Of a stretch of 64,000 nucleotides of DNA, positions 30,490-39,198 are shown piece by piece. How positions within the stretch are numbered: position 1 is the stretch's first letter; each line of letters opens with the position of its first letter. A program made the translations under genes and the position numbers. This DNA comes from a bacterium. GTDB lineage: Bacteria > Patescibacteriota > Minisyncoccia > Phycocordibacterales > UBA9973. The notes beneath the pieces were generated by a model. It did not search any database. It was given only the letters and a program-made list of their open reading frames with translations, and had not been told where the DNA came from. The DNA lies in the NCBI GenBank assembly GCA_037200905.1, contig JBBCGN010000001.1:244795-308794 (forward strand), in the 5' to 3' direction.

Positions 30490-30548
30490 CTTAACTTCCT
30501 TCTTTAAATTTGTGTAGTTGACTTATATCTTATTCTGCTCCGTATCTC
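30477..30548. repeat. Right copy of the ~72-bp direct repeat
   Basis: cgaccgttcgtaaCTTAACTTCCTTCTTTAAAtTTGTGTAGTTGACTTatatcttattctGCTCCGTATCTC. It overlaps the TrmB stop codon and precedes the recombinase gene. Confidence 0.85.
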
Positions 30549-30592
30549 GTTATTCACTAGACTTCGCACGTTGTTCCGGTATGTTCGTGTGT

Positions 30593-31924
30593 ATGGAACA
30601 AATAGCACCATATGGAGCTCAAATAGGCATACCTCCAGTATTGCAGACAGAGCCAGTCAGATACTGTTTATATGCCCGTAAATCGAGCGAGGCAGAAGAA
30701 AAGCAAGCACTCTCAATTGATTCTCAAGTAAAGGAGATGCTCGATATCGCTCAAAAAGATAATCTGAACGTTACCGATATGTACCGCGAATCTCACTCGG
30801 CAAAAGATTGCGGACAGAGACCAGTTTTCAATAAATTACTTCTTGATATCCGTGAGGGTAAATTCGATGGCGTCCTCGTTTGGCATCCAGACCGCCTCTC
30901 TCGAAACGCTGGTGACCTCGGCGCTATAGTCGATTTGCTTGACCAGAAAAAATTGATTGAGATACGGACATATAGCCAGCGCTTTACCAATAATCCAAAT
31001 GAGAAATTCCTTTTGATGATTCTCGGATCACAAGCAAAACTCGAAAATGACAACAAGAGCATCAATGTGAAGCGTGGATTACGAACTCGAGTTGAAAGTG
31101 GTCTATGGCCCAGCGTTGCTCCTACCGGATATCTTAATCACCCTGATCGAACAATGAAATGCCATGTGATTGTTGATCCATTACGATCGCATGTAATACG
31201 ACTCATTTTTGAGAAAGCGGCCTATGAGAAAATGAGTATCCGAAAACTATTCCGCTGGCTCAAAGAGGACGTCCGATTTACTACGAGACATGGAAAACCA
31301 CTCAGTCTAAGCAATATCCAGCTCATTCTTCGTAATAATTTCTATATGGGACTGATCGAATATCCACGAGGGTCAAGCAAGTGGTACCCTGGCAAACACG
31401 AACGCATAATTAGTGAAGAACTTTTCAAAAAGGTTCAGGAAAAATTGGATGCAAGTAAAAATGGTGAACAACGCACTAAAAAAGAGTTCGCGTTTACCCG
31501 TCTTATGAAATGCGGTATGTGTAAATCCGGAGTGACTGCTGAAGAAAAGTTCAAGAACTTAATTGATGGAAGTGTTGCAAAGTACATTTATTATGGCTGT
31601 ACAAGGTTCAATGATAAAAATTGCAAGAATACTTACCTACGCGAAGATAATCTAATTGAGCAATTGCTCGAGATTGTAGATCGAATTGATATCAATAACG
31701 TAGGCATCAAAAGTAAACTTGAAAAAGAAATCGAACGTTTTGGAGAATTTAGAAGCAAGGTTTTGGGAACCACTGAACAAGAGAAAATCGTACAGACAAA
31801 AATTGATGTACGAAACTATATGAAATACCTACTCCGAGAAGGAACGATTCAAGAAAAGCGAGATTTGATGCAGTCGTTCACGAGTAAGCTCATTTTGATC
31901 AACAAAAGAGTTGTGCTCGAGTAA
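30593..31924 (+). CDS. Large serine recombinase (resolvase domain, recombinase domain, zinc ribbon)
   Basis: YCLYARKSSEAEEKQALSIDSQ (catalytic Ser region), VWHPDRLSRNAGD, ..CGMCKSGVTAEE..YYGCTRFNDKNCKN. Start taken as MEQIAPYG; an alternative start is 30581. Confidence 0.85.
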   Translation: MEQIAPYGAQIGIPPVLQTEPVRYCLYARKSSEAEEKQALSIDSQVKEMLDIAQKDNLNVTDMYRESHSAKDCGQRPVFNKLLLDIREGKFDGVLVWHPDRLSRNAGDLGAIVDLLDQKKLIEIRTYSQRFTNNPNEKFLLMILGSQAKLENDNKSINVKRGLRTRVESGLWPSVAPTGYLNHPDRTMKCHVIVDPLRSHVIRLIFEKAAYEKMSIRKLFRWLKEDVRFTTRHGKPLSLSNIQLILRNNFYMGLIEYPRGSSKWYPGKHERIISEELFKKVQEKLDASKNGEQRTKKEFAFTRLMKCGMCKSGVTAEEKFKNLIDGSVAKYIYYGCTRFNDKNCKNTYLREDNLIEQLLEIVDRIDINNVGIKSKLEKEIERFGEFRSKVLGTTEQEKIVQTKIDVRNYMKYLLREGTIQEKRDLMQSFTSKLILINKRVVLE

Positions 31925-31928
31925 AAAA

Positions 31929-32768
31929 CTATTCTGATTTTACTTCTCCAGATTCAAGCTTAGTAACGATTTCATTCATAGTGTAATGCACAAATTGTTT
32001 TCCAAGCTCAGTTAATTCATATTGTTTATCATCATCAAAAGCAGAGGTAGCATAGCGCACACTACCCGCAGGCTTCGATGTTTTTTTGCTGGGACGTATT
32101 ATTACATTTCCTTGATAATCCCTTTCTTTATGCTGTCTTATTACATGCCCTGTACTTAAATCATGTACGAGTAACTTAAATAAATCTGCTTCGGCCGAAT
32201 CTTCTCGAACAGCTTCACCGTGTATTTGATCCCAAATTTCTTGCCTTGTATAACCTGGATTATTAAATACAACTCTTACAACAGCAAAGTGAGCTTCTGA
32301 ATATATGTCAATCCATGAGACAAACATGCGAACTACATCATCTGAGCAAATTTTAGTAGAAGCCGAATTTGCAAGTAAATTTCTTATCAACTTTCTCTTC
32401 TCTTCGCTTTCTGCCGCAGACCAATCTCGGAAACACTTTTTCACAATCTTTAAATACTCAGGACTTTGCAACCTTTCTCTAATTTTTTCATCGGTTTGAT
32501 CTACACGTGCCATAACTTCCATGATAGTTATGGCAATCTCTTTTATTTCATCCTCTTGTAGTTTAAGCCATGTACCAAATATGTTATTCAAATTTTCTTG
32601 CTCTTTTTCAGACCATGATCCTCCTATGCCACCAATGGCTCCCCCAATAACCGGAATAGCACTTAAACAAGCAAGTGCAAAGCGAGCAGCTTTTGGTCCT
32701 GAACCTGATTCTAAAGCTTCATCAAGTTGTTTTCTTAAGTCACTTTTTTCTTCTTTGTCATCTTTCAT
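31929..32768 (-). CDS. Hypothetical protein with an N-terminal glycine-zipper hydrophobic segment
   Basis: ..AARFALACLSAIPVIGGAIGGIGGSW.. followed by a helical region. It lies 16 nt downstream of the HEPN-like gene on the same strand. Confidence 0.4.
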   Translation of the reverse strand: MKDDKEEKSDLRKQLDEALESGSGPKAARFALACLSAIPVIGGAIGGIGGSWSEKEQENLNNIFGTWLKLQEDEIKEIAITIMEVMARVDQTDEKIRERLQSPEYLKIVKKCFRDWSAAESEEKRKLIRNLLANSASTKICSDDVVRMFVSWIDIYSEAHFAVVRVVFNNPGYTRQEIWDQIHGEAVREDSAEADLFKLLVHDLSTGHVIRQHKERDYQGNVIIRPSKKTSKPAGSVRYATSAFDDDKQYELTELGKQFVHYTMNEIVTKLESGEVKSE

Positions 32769-32784
32769 ATTAATTTACTTTAAA

Positions 32785-33576
32785 CTACTTAGAGCTTTTA
32801 TCTGCTAATTTAGCAAGTAAACTTACGAAAGCAATGAACTCTAGAGCCATTTCTGGATCATCTTTTATAATTTTATGTGCACGAGGATTTCTTAAGCCAG
32901 CGACTGCACCCGAGAACATCATCATGAATCCTTTTTGCTCATCAATATCTGAAGTATCTGCAAGAGTATTAAATTTCAATACAGGACTCTTGGAACTAAA
33001 TACAAACTCCATAAGTGCTATTCCGTCTTTATCATCAATCCCACTATTCATTCTCACAAGAGCATTTAATGCTTTAACTGCATCTTCAATCGCGTTGGAA
33101 TAATGCCCATCTTTAAAAAGATTTCCAACTGCTCTTTCAATTGCAGGATGAAGCTCAAGACCCTCATATGCTTTAAGTGTTTTCCCAGATGAAGTTTGCC
33201 CAGCATCCCCAAGTTCTTCTAAAAAGATTGCTTTTATACCCTCAAGTTGTTGCCTAGATTCTGTTACTGATTCACTGACGCTTTGTTTAATTTCTCCAAG
33301 AGTTATATCTGGCCACCAACTACCTGGATTAAGGCTAGTAACACCATGGCGGTATCTTTCATACTCAACCGTATTAGTTCCAAAAATAGAAGCCAGAGTA
33401 GCCTCAAGGGTTTTTTCTAATGTAAGAACTGTGGGATCGCCATATTTAGTGATCGAATTTATATCTAGATTTTCTAGATCTTTGATTCTTCTGTCGATCT
33501 TAGGAATAGCTGCTTGCATCTGTTGAAATGACAAATTAGCTTCTACAGGTTCTGATTTCTTAGGTTTTTGGGACAT
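32785..33576 (-). CDS. TIGR02391 (Hypoth_Ymh)-like protein with an Rx4H HEPN-type motif
   Basis: ELHPAIERAVGNLFKDGHYSNAIEDAVKALNALVR..GFMMMFSGAVAGLRNPRAHK.. The N-terminal ~130 aa look like coiled coil. Confidence 0.65.
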   Translation of the reverse strand: MSQKPKKSEPVEANLSFQQMQAAIPKIDRRIKDLENLDINSITKYGDPTVLTLEKTLEATLASIFGTNTVEYERYRHGVTSLNPGSWWPDITLGEIKQSVSESVTESRQQLEGIKAIFLEELGDAGQTSSGKTLKAYEGLELHPAIERAVGNLFKDGHYSNAIEDAVKALNALVRMNSGIDDKDGIALMEFVFSSKSPVLKFNTLADTSDIDEQKGFMMMFSGAVAGLRNPRAHKIIKDDPEMALEFIAFVSLLAKLADKSSK

Positions 33577-33652
33577 ATATAAATTATACTCTTAATCTTA
33601 ATTTTTAAACGAACAGACCACTTTAGGTCACTGGGTACGAAAAACTAAACTG

Positions 33653-33723
33653 CTGGGAGACTAGGACTCGAACCTAGATAAACAGGACCAGAACCTGTTG
33701 TCCTACCATTAGACGATCTCCCA
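33653..33723 (-). tRNA. tRNA-Gln (anticodon CTG)
   Basis: TGGGAGA TC GTCT AATGGTA GGAC A ACAGG TTCTGGT CCTGT TTAT CTAGG TTCGAGT CCTAG TCTCCCA G. Cloverleaf drawn by hand. No encoded CCA. Confidence 0.85.
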
Positions 33724-33726
33724 ATG

Positions 33727-33963
33727 CTACATCTTCGATCTTAACTCCTTCTTTCCTTTTGCAGTCTTGTAGTACCTTTCTTTACGGAATGCCTCATATT
33801 TATCATCATACGGTTCGAAATATAAAATCTCAAATGGAACACGAGATTTGGTAGATTTTACTTTGCCCGAATTGTGATAATTCAAACGATTTTCTAAAGA
33901 TTCAGTACAACCAATATATTGGTTATCGTCCTTTTTGCTTTTTAAGACATACACGTAATGCAT
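33727..33963 (-). CDS. Small GIY-YIG nuclease family protein
   Basis: MHYVYVLKSKKDDNQYIGCTESLENRLNYHNSGK..R.PFEILYFE..KYEAFRKERYYK. Its stop codon is 3 nt from tRNA-Gln position 1. Confidence 0.8.
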   Translation of the reverse strand: MHYVYVLKSKKDDNQYIGCTESLENRLNYHNSGKVKSTKSRVPFEILYFEPYDDKYEAFRKERYYKTAKGKKELRSKM

Positions 33964-33964
33964 A

Positions 33965-34032
33965 CTGTTGTCCTACATTAGCCTCGCCCGTAGGCTGGAG
34001 CCTTCGGGCTACGGCCGAGGGACGATCTCCCA
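33965..34032 (-). pseudogene. Decayed copy of the tRNA-Gln 5' half, interrupted by a 39-nt GC-rich hairpin
   Basis: Minus strand reads TGGGAGATCGTC[CCTCGGCCGTAGCCCGAAGGCTCCAGCCTACGGGCGAGG]CTAATGTAGGACAACAG, against the intact TGGGAGATCGTCTAATGGTAGGACAACAGG. Confidence 0.8.
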
Positions 34033-34116
34033 ATACCCGTATACATTACTAGAAAACCGGACTTTTTTCAACTTTTGCCATTTTTGACTTTCGGGAATTA
34101 AAGGTATAATAAGCCA

Positions 34117-34377
34117 ATGGTTTGCCCGGTGTCACAAATGGATATTTTCTTCATCATCTCGTCGATCGGGTTCGTCTCGGTGTGGATCTTCGGCACCATC
34201 GTCCTGGTGCGTCTGGCGCGCATCCTGGGCACGTTCCGCCGCATAGCGGACGGGCTCGAGAAGAACATCGAGAACATCGGCGACTCCGCCGAAGAGATGG
34301 TGGAGGACGTGCGCGACAGTACAGCGTACCGCCTGCTGTTCGGCAAGAAGAGGAGGAAGCACAAAAAGAGCGAATAA
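34117..34377 (+). CDS. Small membrane protein (DUF948-like)
   Basis: One N-terminal TM segment and a charged helical tail. TTGACT at 34084 upstream. Confidence 0.45.
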   Translation: MVCPVSQMDIFFIISSIGFVSVWIFGTIVLVRLARILGTFRRIADGLEKNIENIGDSAEEMVEDVRDSTAYRLLFGKKRRKHKKSE

Positions 34378-34460
34378 GTTCTTATTATTAGCAGATTAAA
34401 AGTAATCCAGATGCGTCGCGTTCCTTTTCGACAGTGCGCGACGTGATTTTGCAAAATCAT

Positions 34461-34820
34461 ATGGCAACAAAAAAGAAAGGCATGAGCATGGGCAAGAAAG
34501 TGGCGATAGGCGCAGGAGTGGCGGCAGTCGGCGCGGGAGCGTATTACTTCCTCGGCCCGAAGGGCAAGAAGCACCAGAAGGACGCGAAGGCATGGGCTAC
34601 GACGGCCGAGAAGAAATTCATGACGGAAGTCGGCAAGGCGGAAAAAGTACTGACCGGCAAGGCCAAAGCCGTCGCGGGAAAGGCCATGAAGATGGAAAAG
34701 AAGATCGTTGCCAAGGCCAAGAAAGTGCAGGCCAAAGTCACGAACAAGGCGAAGGCCGCGGTCAAGAAGGCTGCCGGCAAAGTAGCGAAGAAAGCTACGA
34801 AGATCGCCAAAAAGAAATAA
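34461..34820 (+). CDS. Lys/Ala-rich small protein with an N-terminal glycine-rich anchor (YtxH-like)
   Basis: MATKKKGMSMGKKVAIGAGVAAVGAGAYYFLG, then KA-rich repeats. Confidence 0.45.
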   Translation: MATKKKGMSMGKKVAIGAGVAAVGAGAYYFLGPKGKKHQKDAKAWATTAEKKFMTEVGKAEKVLTGKAKAVAGKAMKMEKKIVAKAKKVQAKVTNKAKAAVKKAAGKVAKKATKIAKKK

Positions 34821-34829
34821 TCGAAATGG

Positions 34830-34877
34830 AAAGGCAAATAAAAATCCCGCAGTCTGCGGGATTTTTATTTGCCTTTT
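34830..34877. terminator. Long bidirectional terminator palindrome
   Basis: aaaggcaaataaaaatcccgcag-t-ctgcgggatttttatttgccttt. The right arm overlaps the pyrG stop codon. Confidence 0.8.
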
Positions 34878-36520
34878 TGCTTGATGCAGGCTTTGACGAA
34901 TGCCGTGAAGAGCGGATGCGGACGGAGCGGGCGGGCCAAGAATTCCGGATGGAACTGCGTGCCGAGGAAGAACGGATGCACTTTCTTCGGCAGCTCGGCG
35001 ATCTCCATCAGATGGCCGTCAGGAGAGCGGCCGGAGAACACCAGTCCCTTGGCCTCGAGATCGGCCACATAGGCCGGATTGACCTCGTAGCGATGCCTGT
35101 GGCGCTCGGTAACGACTTTCTCGCCGTACGCAGTACGAGCGATGGTCCCTTCGCGCAAAGTGGCCTTATAAGCGCCAAGACGCATACTGCCGCCATAGCG
35201 ATTGTTAGCCAAGACATCCTTTTGGGACTCCATGACGTCGATGACGATATTCTTCGAGCTCGGGTTCACTTCCCTGGTATTGGCGTCCCGGAGGCCGAGA
35301 ACGTCGCGGGCGTATTCGATGACGATCATCTGCATGCCGTAGCATAGGCCGAAATACGGGATCTTGTTCTCGCGGGCATACTTCACTACCTTCAGCTTGC
35401 CTTCGACGCCGCGGGTGCCGAAGCCTCCGGGCACGATGATGCCGTCGTATTTCTTCAAATCTTTGAGCTTGTTCGGATCCTTCTCGAAATCCACGGAATT
35501 GAGCCATGAGATGACCGGCTTCTTGTTCTGCGCGTATGCGGAATACTTGATAGCCTCGATGACGGAAAGGTACGAGTCGGAAAGCACGAAGTCACCTGTC
35601 TCGAAGTATTTGCCTACCATGGCGATGGAGATAGTTTCTTTGCCGTTATGGGAATGCTTGGTAAAGGCTTTCCATGCGTTCCAATTCTTCTGGTCCGGCT
35701 TCTTGCAGGCGACGCCGAGAATGTCGCAGAGCTTGTCGGAGAGGCCTTCTTTCTCGAAATTGATCGGGATGTCATAGATGCTCTCTACGTCCGGCGCGGA
35801 CACCACTCGGTCCGGCGGCATGTTGCAGAAGAGCGAGAGTTTTTCCTTGCGCTTTACGTCGAGGCTCGTCGTAGCGCGGGCGATCATGATGTCGGGCTGG
35901 ATGCCGGAAGCGTTCAAGGCTCGCACGGCGTGCTGGGTCGGCTTGGTCTTCATCTCTCCGACCGTGCCCGGCGTCGGCAGATAGGAAACCATGACGAACG
36001 CCACGTCTTTCGGGCGCTCGAGCTTCATCATGCGGCCAGCCTCGAGGAAGAGCATGTTCTGATACTCGCCGATGGTGCCGCCGATCTCGATGACCACGAC
36101 GTCCGCCTTGGCCTTCTTCCCCGCTTCCTTGATGCGATGGATGACTTCCATCGGGATATGCGGCACCACTTCCACGCACTTGCCGCCGTATTCGAGATTG
36201 CGCTCCCGCTCGATGACCCTCTGATAGACGCGGCCGGTAGTCATATAGTTCACGCGGGTGAGGTTGAGATCCAGGAAGCGCTCATAGTTGCCCATGTCCT
36301 GGTCGCACTCGTCGCCGTCGCCCAAAACAAAAACCTCACCGTGCTCGGTGGGGTTCATAGTGCCTGCGTCGACGTTGATGTAGGGATCGATCTTGATAGC
36401 GGTAACATTGAGTCCGCGATTCTTGAGGATGAGGCCGAGCGAGGAGGATGTTATGCCTTTCCCTACTCCGGAAATGACGCCTCCCACTATGAATATGTAT
36501 TTCGTTTCTTGCTTGGCCAT
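34865..36520 (-). CDS. pyrG: CTP synthase
   Basis: KYIFIVGGVISGVGKGITSSSLG..GLCYGMQM..RHRHRYEVN. Intact 551 aa. Confidence 0.95.
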   Translation of the reverse strand: MAKQETKYIFIVGGVISGVGKGITSSSLGLILKNRGLNVTAIKIDPYINVDAGTMNPTEHGEVFVLGDGDECDQDMGNYERFLDLNLTRVNYMTTGRVYQRVIERERNLEYGGKCVEVVPHIPMEVIHRIKEAGKKAKADVVVIEIGGTIGEYQNMLFLEAGRMMKLERPKDVAFVMVSYLPTPGTVGEMKTKPTQHAVRALNASGIQPDIMIARATTSLDVKRKEKLSLFCNMPPDRVVSAPDVESIYDIPINFEKEGLSDKLCDILGVACKKPDQKNWNAWKAFTKHSHNGKETISIAMVGKYFETGDFVLSDSYLSVIEAIKYSAYAQNKKPVISWLNSVDFEKDPNKLKDLKKYDGIIVPGGFGTRGVEGKLKVVKYARENKIPYFGLCYGMQMIVIEYARDVLGLRDANTREVNPSSKNIVIDVMESQKDVLANNRYGGSMRLGAYKATLREGTIARTAYGEKVVTERHRHRYEVNPAYVADLEAKGLVFSGRSPDGHLMEIAELPKKVHPFFLGTQFHPEFLARPLRPHPLFTAFVKACIKQKGK

Positions 36521-36565
36521 TCTGATGACTCTGTTACTGGTGACGTTCCATTATACCACTCTCGA

Positions 36566-37483
36566 TCATCTGTTCAAGTATTTCCGGACGGCGAGGAAGG
36601 AAGAGAACACGCCGAGGAGCACGCCGGAGACGAGGATGATGAGCATGATCTGGAAAAGGTTCGAGACATAGTACTGGTAGAGGTCGAGGCCGAGGAAAGC
36701 CGTCATGTGGTGGCCGAACCAGGAGGTCACGGGCCAGAGGACGAGCAGGGTGATGACCGTGGCGATGGCCCCGTAGATCACGCCCTCGATGAGGAACGGG
36801 CCGCGGACGCGCATCTTGGATGCCCCCACGAGGCGCATGACGCCGATCTCTTCCTTGGAGATGAAGATGGTCAGGCGGATGGTGTTGAAGGTGATGATGA
36901 CGGAAATGACGATCAGGAGGAGCGTCAGCAGGTAGCCGAGGCGGTTGGCCCCGGCGATGATCGAGTCGAGGCGCTCGATGACGAGCTTGTTCTGGTAATA
37001 ATTGATCTTGTCGATGATGGAGGCCGAACCGAGCACCATGGCATTGTCGGATTTCATGAAATTTGCGATGCTCTCGTACTGCGACACTTCCTTGGCCTTG
37101 ACGTTCAAGTAGGCGCCGAGCGGGTTCTCCCCTATCTCGTCGAGGGCCTGGATGGTCGGATAGTCGTCAGAATGCCTCTCTCGGAACAGGTCGAGGGCCT
37201 CGTCGGCGCTGGTATAGGTGACGCTCGCCACCTCGGGCAGCTTCTCGAGCGAGCCCTTCAGGGCCATGATCTTGTCCTCGGAGGTGCCGACGTTGAAGTA
37301 GATGGTGACGTCGACCTTGTTCTTGATCTGGTCGAGCGAGAAGTGCAGCACCGCCTGCAGGAGGATGATGGTGGAGATGACGAAGAGCGTGATGGTGACC
37401 ACGAGCACCGCCGCCCACGAGGTGATGCCGCTCCGGCGGAAGTTGATGAAACCTGATTTGATTATTCTTCGCAATATGCTCAT
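36566..37483 (-). CDS. ftsX: Cell division permease-like protein FtsX
   Basis: 305 aa. TM1, an extracellular domain, then three C-terminal TM segments. Downstream of ftsE. Confidence 0.85.
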   Translation of the reverse strand: MSILRRIIKSGFINFRRSGITSWAAVLVVTITLFVISTIILLQAVLHFSLDQIKNKVDVTIYFNVGTSEDKIMALKGSLEKLPEVASVTYTSADEALDLFRERHSDDYPTIQALDEIGENPLGAYLNVKAKEVSQYESIANFMKSDNAMVLGSASIIDKINYYQNKLVIERLDSIIAGANRLGYLLTLLLIVISVIITFNTIRLTIFISKEEIGVMRLVGASKMRVRGPFLIEGVIYGAIATVITLLVLWPVTSWFGHHMTAFLGLDLYQYYVSNLFQIMLIILVSGVLLGVFSSFLAVRKYLNR

Positions 37484-37574
37484 AGTGATTGATTATAACA
37501 ACAAACGAGGAGCATAAACAAGATCGCTTGTTTGATGTCCGAGTGCCGTTGTTATATGGTACTCCATATAACAA

Positions 37575-38255
37575 CTACATCATGTATTTGCCGGCCTTGT
37601 CGTCGCGGACTATCTTGCCCTTTTCCATGGTGATGACGCGCTTGCCGACGGACTCCACGACACCGCGATTGTGGGTGGTCAGAATGACTGTCGTGCCAAG
37701 ATCATTGATCTTTTTAAGAATCTGGACGATTTCGTAGGTATTGACCGGATCGAGGTTGCCGGTCGGCTCGTCGGCGATGATGAGCTCGGGCTGGTTGATG
37801 ATGGCGCGGGCGATGGCCAGGCGCTGCTGCTCGCCGCCCGACATCTGATGCGGAAAATGATGGGCTCGAGGGGCGAGATTCACCAGTTCGAGCACGTGCG
37901 GCACGTCAGTCTTGATCTCCTTGTCGGTCTTGCCGACCGCTTCCATGGCGAAAGCGATATTCTCATAGGCGGTCTTGTTCGGCAGGAGCTTGAAGTCCTG
38001 GAAAATGGCGCCGATGCGGCGGCGGAGCTTGGTCAGATTCTCGTTCTTCACTTTGTGCACGTTGATAGACTCGAAAAAGACCGTGCCATTGGACGGACTT
38101 TCGTCGGCAAGGATCATTTTGATGAGAGTGGACTTCCCGGCTCCGGAATGGCCCACGATAGAAACGAATTCCCCCGCAGTGACCGTAAATGTGACATCAT
38201 CGAGCGCCAGAAGGTCTTTGTTATACAGCTTTGAAACATTGTTGAAATAAATCAC
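37575..38255 (-). CDS. ftsE: Cell division ATP-binding protein FtsE
   Basis: [37 protein letters not shown]. Confidence 0.9.
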   Translation of the reverse strand: MIYFNNVSKLYNKDLLALDDVTFTVTAGEFVSIVGHSGAGKSTLIKMILADESPSNGTVFFESINVHKVKNENLTKLRRRIGAIFQDFKLLPNKTAYENIAFAMEAVGKTDKEIKTDVPHVLELVNLAPRAHHFPHQMSGGEQQRLAIARAIINQPELIIADEPTGNLDPVNTYEIVQILKKINDLGTTVILTTHNRGVVESVGKRVITMEKGKIVRDDKAGKYMM

Positions 38256-38309
38256 CCATCTATCTTAACATACATCAGGCTCTGGCGACAACGGAAAAGA
38301 GGCCAGATT

Positions 38310-39197
38310 CTACAAGCCTTTCTCGGCCTCGATGAACATATCCAGGTCCCCGTCCAGGACTTCTTTGACATTGGCCGTTTCTACGCCCGTACGGAGATCT
38401 TTCACTAATTTATAGGGATGCAGGACATAGTTCCTGATCTGGTTTCCCCATTCGATGTCAGTTCCTTTGCCTCCCTGCATGCTCTCGACGAGGGATTTGT
38501 GCTCGTCCTCGGATTTCTTATAGAGCTTGCCGCGCAGGAGCTCGAGCGCGCGCTCCCGGTTCTGCTCCTGGCTGCGCTCTTCCCTGACATGGACGGTTAT
38601 GCCGGTCGGCGTATGCGTGGCCCGTACGGCGGTCTCGCGCTTGTTCACGTTCTGGCCGCCCGGGCCGCCGGACTTGGCGAAGTCTATCTCGACATCAGCC
38701 TCGCGGAGCTCGGGCATGGCCGCCTTCGGGATTTTCGGTATGACTTCCACCAGGGCGAAGCTAGTGCTGCGCTTGGCTTTCGAGTTGAACGGACTGGTAC
38801 GCACCAGGCGATGCACGCCGGACTCGTGCTTGAGGGTGCCATAAGCATTCTTGCCGGAGACTTCGAACATGATATTCTTGATGCCGTTGTGCTCGTTCCA
38901 ATGGTCATGGACCAGAGCGGCGGAAAAATTCTTCGAGGAAAAATATTTGCCGTACATGTCGTAGAGCATGCGGGCGAAATCTTCGGCGTCGTCCCCTCCC
39001 GCCCCGGAGATGATGCTCATGATGGCGTCTCCGCGGTCAAAAGCTGCGAGACCTTCTTTTTTTGCCTTCAGATCTGCGAGCGTACGAAGCGAAGCCTGAG
39101 CCTTGTCCTTGTCGCTCCAGAAATCCGACGCTTGCATGGCCGCTTCGAGAGCGGCAATCTGCTTGTCTATTTCGCTTTCATCTCGAGATTCGTTCAT
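38310..39197 (-). CDS. prfB: Peptide chain release factor 2 (short form, single frame)
   Basis: The SPF tripeptide (RTSPFNS) and SGGPGGQNVNKRETAVR (GGQ) are present. 295 aa. Confidence 0.9.
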   Translation of the reverse strand: MNESRDESEIDKQIAALEAAMQASDFWSDKDKAQASLRTLADLKAKKEGLAAFDRGDAIMSIISGAGGDDAEDFARMLYDMYGKYFSSKNFSAALVHDHWNEHNGIKNIMFEVSGKNAYGTLKHESGVHRLVRTSPFNSKAKRSTSFALVEVIPKIPKAAMPELREADVEIDFAKSGGPGGQNVNKRETAVRATHTPTGITVHVREERSQEQNRERALELLRGKLYKKSEDEHKSLVESMQGGKGTDIEWGNQIRNYVLHPYKLVKDLRTGVETANVKEVLDGDLDMFIEAEKGL

Positions 39198-39198
39198 G

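Noticed and set aside
35648-37456. 602-aa plus-strand ORF spanning pyrG and ftsX.
   Set aside because: It is antisense to two well-supported genes and crosses their intergenic gap. Its D/E/G/H/R-rich composition is characteristic of a GC-driven shadow frame.
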